Of a stretch of DNA of 64,000 nt, positions 59,120 to 64,000 are shown piece by piece (positions within the stretch are counted from its first letter, which is position 1; each line of letters starts with the position of its first letter). Origin of the DNA: Candidatus Giovannonibacteria bacterium (GTDB lineage: Bacteria; Patescibacteriota; Minisyncoccia; JACPKW01; UBA11713). The DNA lies in the NCBI GenBank assembly GCA_016186825.1, contig JACPKW010000006.1, positions 3,191-67,190 of the forward strand. Reading direction: 5' to 3'. Below the pieces are notes generated by a model, which saw nothing but the letters and a program-made list of their open reading frames with translations, was not told the DNA's origin and searched no databases. A program made the position numbers and the translations under genes.

Positions 59120-59191
59120 TGCGGCTGGGGGTAGTCGAAACCCCGTCTCCACTTTGGAAGAGTGGCATATTGGCCGTTATACGACAGCCGC
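59120..59191 (-). tRNA. tRNA-Gly(TCC)
   Basis: CCACT-CT-TCC-AA-AGTGG; discriminator A. Confidence 0.93.
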
Positions 59192-59210
59192 GAACAACTT
59201 ATTGTAGTAA

Positions 59211-59247
59211 AAAAAATCTTCCCCGCCAATGGCGGGGAAGATTTTTT
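59211..59247. terminator. Hairpin terminator
   Basis: aaaaaatcttccccgcca-a-tggcggggaagatttttt. Confidence 0.75.
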
Positions 59248-59434
59248 AATCGTTTGCGTCTTTCAGAAAATCTTTGAGCTCCTTTCGAAACTCAGGCGTA
59301 TCCTTGTGTCCGTGAGCAGAAACTGCGTGCTGGATCGAAGCATCCATCACTTCGTTTTCCGTCCCAGAAATATAAAGCGAGCAATTTTTCTCGCTAGGGA
59401 AAAGACGGCAATCCGCTGATTTTCTTTGTGCCAT
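59246..59434 (-). CDS. Small metal-binding protein (DUF1059-like)
   Basis: DCR.FPSE.NCS..ISG...HAVSAHGH. Confidence 0.75.
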   Translation of the reverse strand: MAQRKSADCRLFPSEKNCSLYISGTENEVMDASIQHAVSAHGHKDTPEFRKELKDFLKDAND

Positions 59435-59530
59435 GGTTTTCTAGATAATTATCTTTTTAAAACGACCTTTAAAATTTTCTAATATATTTCATAATGCTTT
59501 CTTCATGCTTTATGTTTCGAGTTTAATGCT

Positions 59531-60292
59531 TTAATTTCTAATTTTATATCCACTTTTAAACAAATACCAAACCCAATATCCCAAAACTAAGATCAGTCCG
59601 ATGATAACAGTCATGCCAATTGTGCGGTTTGAATCGGAAATTCCGATCATGGAATAGCGCAGCCCATCCACAAAATAAAAAAACGGATTGAGTTTCACAA
59701 AAATGTGAAATTTTTCAGGGAGCATAGAAAGAGAATTAAAAAGTCCGCCGAGAAAAGTAAGAGGCATGATGATAAATGTCTGCGGAATCATGAGTTGCTC
59801 AAATCCTTCCGCCCAAAGCCCGACGAGCAAACCAAGTAGCGAAAAAATCAGCGCGACCGCAACAGAATAAAAGAAAAAAAGGAAAATATGCGCAACTGAC
59901 GCCGACGTGAAAAAAAGCGCAATTATGTAAACTCCCGCGGCGACGACAACGCCGCGCGCAATTCCGCCGACCACATATCCCGTAATCATTTCTAGATATG
60001 AAAGCGGGGCGGTTAAAATTTCTTCAATATGTTTTACAAAACGCTGAAAATAGAGAGACGAAGAAGTTTGTCCGAATGCAGACTGCATAACATTCATCAT
60101 CAAAAGTCCCGGAACAACAAAATCAATATATGAAACTCCGTGGATCTCCCCTATCCTCCGCCCGACAATCTCCCCGAAAATTAAAATATACAAAAGCGCC
60201 GAAATCCACGGCGTGATCAAAGTCTGAATCCAGACGCGATAAAGTCTCGAAATCTCTTGGCGAATAAAAGTATAAAGCCCGATTGAATTCAT
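59531..60292 (-). CDS. ABC-2 type transporter permease
   Basis: YIDFVVPGL, PLTFLGGLF, NPFFYFVDGLR. Confidence 0.92.
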   Translation of the reverse strand: MNSIGLYTFIRQEISRLYRVWIQTLITPWISALLYILIFGEIVGRRIGEIHGVSYIDFVVPGLLMMNVMQSAFGQTSSSLYFQRFVKHIEEILTAPLSYLEMITGYVVGGIARGVVVAAGVYIIALFFTSASVAHIFLFFFYSVAVALIFSLLGLLVGLWAEGFEQLMIPQTFIIMPLTFLGGLFNSLSMLPEKFHIFVKLNPFFYFVDGLRYSMIGISDSNRTIGMTVIIGLILVLGYWVWYLFKSGYKIRN

Positions 60293-61032
60293 GTTTTCGA
60301 AACTCCGTTTTTTTGGAGCTCGGCGTAATGCAAATAATGATCCTCGATAGATTTTCCATCTTTGATGAGCTCTTCTTTTGATTCGAGCGCGACAAGTTTG
60401 CCGTTAAATATAATGCCGATTCTTCCGCAAAGGCGCTGGGCTTCTTCGAGATAGTGCGTTGTTAGAAAAATTGTCTTTCCTTTTTTATTAAGGTCCGTTA
60501 AAATTCGCCATAATTCGTGGCGTAGTTCCACATCCACACCAGAAGTCGGCTCGTCCAGAATTAACAATTCCGGATCATGGATCATCGCGCGCGCGAGCAT
60601 TACGCGGCGCTTATATCCCCCAGAAAGCGCTCGAAAAGGCGTATCGACAAATTTTTCCAAACCCAAATCGCGAATCACCTCCTCGCTTCTTTTTTTTCGT
60701 AATTCCTTCGGCATCCCAAAATATCCGCCCACAAAATCGAGAACACGGCGCGGAGGCGCGAAGATATCTATATTAAATTCCTGCGGTGAGAGTCCGATTT
60801 TTTTGCGAGCTTCGCGGTAATCTTTAACAACATCTAGTCCAAAAACTTTAATCCCGCCTGAATCAAACTTCCCTATTCCGGTTATAGAATTAATCGTTGT
60901 GGTCTTCCCTGCCCCATTCGGACCCAAAAAACCGAAAAACTCTCCCCTGTTAATTGAAAAAGAGATGCCATCTACAGCCACTTTATCTCCATATTTTTTG
61001 ACTAAATTGTTTATTTCAAGCGCGTGATCCAT
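60289..61032 (-). CDS. ABC transporter ATP-binding protein
   Basis: GPNGAGKTT, LSGG, ILDEPT, TTHY. Confidence 0.95.
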   Translation of the reverse strand: MDHALEINNLVKKYGDKVAVDGISFSINRGEFFGFLGPNGAGKTTTINSITGIGKFDSGGIKVFGLDVVKDYREARKKIGLSPQEFNIDIFAPPRRVLDFVGGYFGMPKELRKKRSEEVIRDLGLEKFVDTPFRALSGGYKRRVMLARAMIHDPELLILDEPTSGVDVELRHELWRILTDLNKKGKTIFLTTHYLEEAQRLCGRIGIIFNGKLVALESKEELIKDGKSIEDHYLHYAELQKNGVSKT

Positions 61033-61047
61033 ACTTAAAAAACTCGA

Positions 61048-62553
61048 TTACAAGTCCTGCCCTTGGTAGTCCTTATACTGCTCAATCTCGCCAATTTTTG
61101 AATAAAGAATTTTCTCCGCTCTAATTCTTGAAATATTCAGCGATTGCCACCTTGAAAACAAAGGGGAATTAATTAGTTGCGCGCGCCAGTATAGGTCGCG
61201 AGCAAAACTTTTTCTCAAATCATCATCCGCTATATTCAATATTTCGACAGTGTCAGGAATCGCATCATCAGAAAGACTGTTTAAATAATGCACATCAAGC
61301 TTACCTGTGGCACCAAATCTGTCAATATTTCTGCGGGCGATAAATGCGTCGGGATTGAGAAAGTTCATCACTGCTAAAAATAATACCAGGGAAATAAAAA
61401 CCCTTAAAGCAAAAGCGTTTTCTCTTTTATCAAAAAAAATCTTAAAGAGCAATAAAAGAAAGTTAACCGCCAATAATATTATAAAGGCATGGCTATACAG
61501 CCTTAATGTTGTAAAGCCGTAAGCTTCCTCATACAGAGATAACCGCAAAAAAGCCGAAAACATTATTAGAATTACCTGCATAACTAATGCGGTGGCTAAG
61601 ATTTTGAATCCAGGCGAATGTTCGGCCTCTTTTTTTGCAGCAAACTTTTCGGTAGTTAAAAGCACCAGCAGGGAAATAATGGCAACAGCGATTAGCTCAA
61701 AAAAACCGCGACGCGCGTACTCGGCGTAAGTAAAACCTTGAGATGAAACATTATTCTCGCCGCCAAAAAAATACGTAAATTGAACAAGAACAAAGATAAA
61801 AAAAAGAATGTTGACTGACCCGAGCAGAATTGAATTTTCTATATGTCCCAAGCTATACGTTTTATTACTCGGCTGTGCAGTAATCTGGTTTTCTATTTTT
61901 CGAAAAATGTAGGAGTACGCGCCGATATAGGCAAGCGTCGCAATCAAAACCAGAGCGGACCGAAAAATTGTTTCTGGTTCAATTTTAATTAAATCCGCTA
62001 CATATTTTCGGAAAAACAGATCAGCTGAAGAAAAAAGCCATAAAAGAACAAACAGAACAGGAGCTGTTATTATTATTCCTCTAATAATCGGCGATAAAAC
62101 TTTTTGGTCTTTATTAACGCCGCGGAGGGCAAACAAATCAGACAGCGTTTTTAAAAACGGCAAAATAAACATAATCGGAAGAAAAATGACTTTTATGCAA
62201 TCCCCCAACAAAAAGTTTTTCACCTTCTTGCCAAATACAACTTCGGCTATTACGAGCAAGATTAGCAGCGAAGCTACTATATTCAGAAATGTAAGCAACA
62301 TGCTTGAACGGGCAGAAACCATTGCGCTAAAAAATATGAGCGGCGCTATAAGCAAAAAAATTTCGTTGTTTACTTGTTTCTTGAAAATGTGGGCCAGGCT
62401 AAAAAGTCCTGCCAAAATAAGAATTACATAAAAGAGAAAAGAAATTCCAGGGACTTTTCCATAAAAAAAATAATCAAAAAATAGCCCTAAAACGAGAGAT
62501 ACTATCGCTATCAGGCCGGCATTGAAAAAATTTTCTGATTGCGAATCTTCCAT
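61048..62553 (-). CDS. Polytopic membrane protein (DUF4173-like)
   Basis: YAEYARRGFFEL, YGFTTLRL, LSDDAIP. Confidence 0.8.
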   Translation of the reverse strand: MEDSQSENFFNAGLIAIVSLVLGLFFDYFFYGKVPGISFLFYVILILAGLFSLAHIFKKQVNNEIFLLIAPLIFFSAMVSARSSMLLTFLNIVASLLILLVIAEVVFGKKVKNFLLGDCIKVIFLPIMFILPFLKTLSDLFALRGVNKDQKVLSPIIRGIIITAPVLFVLLWLFSSADLFFRKYVADLIKIEPETIFRSALVLIATLAYIGAYSYIFRKIENQITAQPSNKTYSLGHIENSILLGSVNILFFIFVLVQFTYFFGGENNVSSQGFTYAEYARRGFFELIAVAIISLLVLLTTEKFAAKKEAEHSPGFKILATALVMQVILIMFSAFLRLSLYEEAYGFTTLRLYSHAFIILLAVNFLLLLFKIFFDKRENAFALRVFISLVLFLAVMNFLNPDAFIARRNIDRFGATGKLDVHYLNSLSDDAIPDTVEILNIADDDLRKSFARDLYWRAQLINSPLFSRWQSLNISRIRAEKILYSKIGEIEQYKDYQGQDL

Positions 62554-62628
62554 ATTTATAATGGCGTACGCCCATTATCAATAAATAAAACTTATGGTCT
62601 TGAAATATTTATTCTAGAATCATTGATG

Positions 62629-62699
62629 TCGGAGAGCCGGGAATCGAACCCGGGCTTCGTGCTCCCAAAGCACGTGTACTACCTCTATACTACTCTCCG
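62629..62699 (-). tRNA. tRNA-Pro(TGG)
   Basis: C1:G72, CGTGC-TT-TGG-GA-GCACG. Confidence 0.93.
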
Positions 62700-62712
62700 C
62701 TCCACATATTGA

Positions 62713-63105
62713 TTACTCACTTAATATTATATTTTTTGTCCAGCGTATTTTAGCTTTCTTTGCCTCTAAATCAAGGAAAACTGCCATTACATCTACCTGC
62801 CAATCATAATCCTCAAATTTTGAGTGCTCCGCGAGCCATGTCTGAATCGCCCGCCATAACCTTCTCTTTTTCCACGAATGCACATTTTCCTCTGGCAAAT
62901 AATCAATCAACGTGTTTTCACGTGTAACTTGTCCCTTTACCTCGATAAAATGGAGTTCTGACGGATTTCTCGAAATTGCCACGATGTCGATCTCTCCCCA
63001 CTTACGAAGATAATTCCGCTCAAGAACGACAAAACCATGTTTCACTATATGTTTCACGGCAATAGTTTCACAAACGTTGCCAACTTTTCTTTTTGATGAA
63101 GGCAT
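62713..63105 (-). CDS. YraN-family (UPF0102) nuclease-like protein
   Basis: LERNY..KWGEIDIVA...FIEVK. Confidence 0.88.
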   Translation of the reverse strand: MPSSKRKVGNVCETIAVKHIVKHGFVVLERNYLRKWGEIDIVAISRNPSELHFIEVKGQVTRENTLIDYLPEENVHSWKKRRLWRAIQTWLAEHSKFEDYDWQVDVMAVFLDLEAKKAKIRWTKNIILSE

Positions 63106-63195
63106 ATAAGTTACACGTGAAAACAAAATTTCTATCGGTCAATGGACTATTGGACACGACCTATTATGTCCGATTAGTTTGTTTCATGTGAAATC
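62913..63195. promoter_or_regulatory. Cluster of parS-like sites
   Basis: aagttacacgtgaaaaca at 63108-63125 and inverted at 62913-62930; tgtttcatgtgaaatc 63180-63195; half-sites at 63038, 63050, 63064. Confidence 0.65.
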
Positions 63196-63734
63196 ATTCT
63201 TACTTTCTTATAAACCTCATAGCATGCCATGGCATCCGCCAGCGCTGTATGATGTTTTTCATTGCTAATACCGAGCTTTTTTGCAGTTCCACCCAACCCA
63301 AGCTCACTCCATTCGTACCCGAGTTTGCTGTAAGCATATGAGGTTATGTCAAATACTCGCTTATGGAAATCGAGTTGAACGCCGGTTTTCGTGGATGCCG
63401 CGTCTAAGAAAGCATAGTCTGTTGAAATATTCCAGCCCGCGAGAATAGTATTTTGAATTTTAGCTGAAAGCATCTTCATCATTTCCTTCAGACTAACTGC
63501 GCTTTTCCAGGCATCGGCATCATAATTACTGATGCGAAGTGCTTCAGGATCAGCGTTTTCAAGTTTTTCCGGTTTTACTTTTACGTCCCAAGATTCGATA
63601 ATTTCAAGCTTAGGTTGCGAAACTTTCACCAATCCGATTTCAACAATTTCATGTTTAGACCCTTCGAGCCCCGTCATTTCGAGATCAATAAAAGAAATAG
63701 GGGATTCATTTGTTTCAAATTCCTTACCTTTCAT
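63174..63734 (-). CDS. DEDDh 3'-5' exonuclease
   Basis: IDLEMTGL, GWN...D..FL, HTALADA. Confidence 0.9.
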   Translation of the reverse strand: MKGKEFETNESPISFIDLEMTGLEGSKHEIVEIGLVKVSQPKLEIIESWDVKVKPEKLENADPEALRISNYDADAWKSAVSLKEMMKMLSAKIQNTILAGWNISTDYAFLDAASTKTGVQLDFHKRVFDITSYAYSKLGYEWSELGLGGTAKKLGISNEKHHTALADAMACYEVYKKVRMISHETN

Positions 63735-63861
63735 GAAATTTCATTCTCGCATGAAAAACCGGAAGCGTAAAATTAAAAACGATTCTTTAAAAAAGAGTAA
63801 AAAAAAATTCGCTGAAAGAAAAAGCTGGGTTTCGGCAACTTGCCACGCCACTTAATATTAG

Positions 63862-63932
63862 TGGACCCGGGGGGAATTGAACCCCCGCTTGCGCAATGCG
63901 AATGCGCCGTTATGCCACTTAACTACGGGCCC
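63862..63932 (-). tRNA. tRNA-Ala(CGC)
   Basis: G3:U70, GCGCA-TT-CGC-AT-TGCGC. Confidence 0.93.
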
Positions 63933-64000
63933 GTAGAATAAGTGGCGGGGTAAGATGCCGCTTTCGCCCGCTTCCTACTGCGGGCGCATTTCCGTCTATA

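Noticed and set aside
63942-64000. GC-rich hairpin at window end, possibly the 3' end of an RNA gene
   Set aside because: Truncated by the window; no diagnostic tRNA, SRP or RNase P motif visible.
1-64000. Alternative genetic code (UGA=Gly, as in Gracilibacteria/SR1)
   Set aside because: Conserved genes are uninterrupted under code 11 and several end in TGA (e.g. lepB, infB, gpmI).

Overview
Bacterial chromosomal window, genetic code 11, with gene content and style typical of Patescibacteria/CPR (inference: streamlined Mfd, ValS and trigger factor, VirB2-like pilin cluster, type IV pilus operon, H+-PPase, most tRNAs without encoded CCA). It has about 65 CDSs and 19 tRNA genes, all tRNAs on the minus strand, and no rRNA, CRISPR array or integrase. 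The most unusual features centre on tRNA genes. (1) Two 'matryoshka' tRNAs: tRNA-Cys(GCA) and tRNA-Arg(TCT) are each split inside the anticodon by a CCTGCCC(G/A)C...GCAGG(C/T)GGG palindromic element that carries a second, complete tRNA with the same anticodon. (2) A conserved structured element follows tRNA-Leu(GAG) and tRNA-Phe(GAA); its scaffold is shared, but its variable segments are antisense to, and then a direct copy of, the 3' end of the particular tRNA it follows. (3) A 5.35-kb integron-like tandem array of cassettes sits at the tRNA-Arg(TCT) 3' end, with repeated att-like arms, a reconstructable GC crossover, and variable 'MNQKGFANI' surface-protein genes. Short palindromic elements are also inserted in-frame in pth, tsaD, valS, a pilX-like gene and others. 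Coordinates were counted by hand and may be off by 1-2 nt. Product calls come from motif recognition, not database searches.
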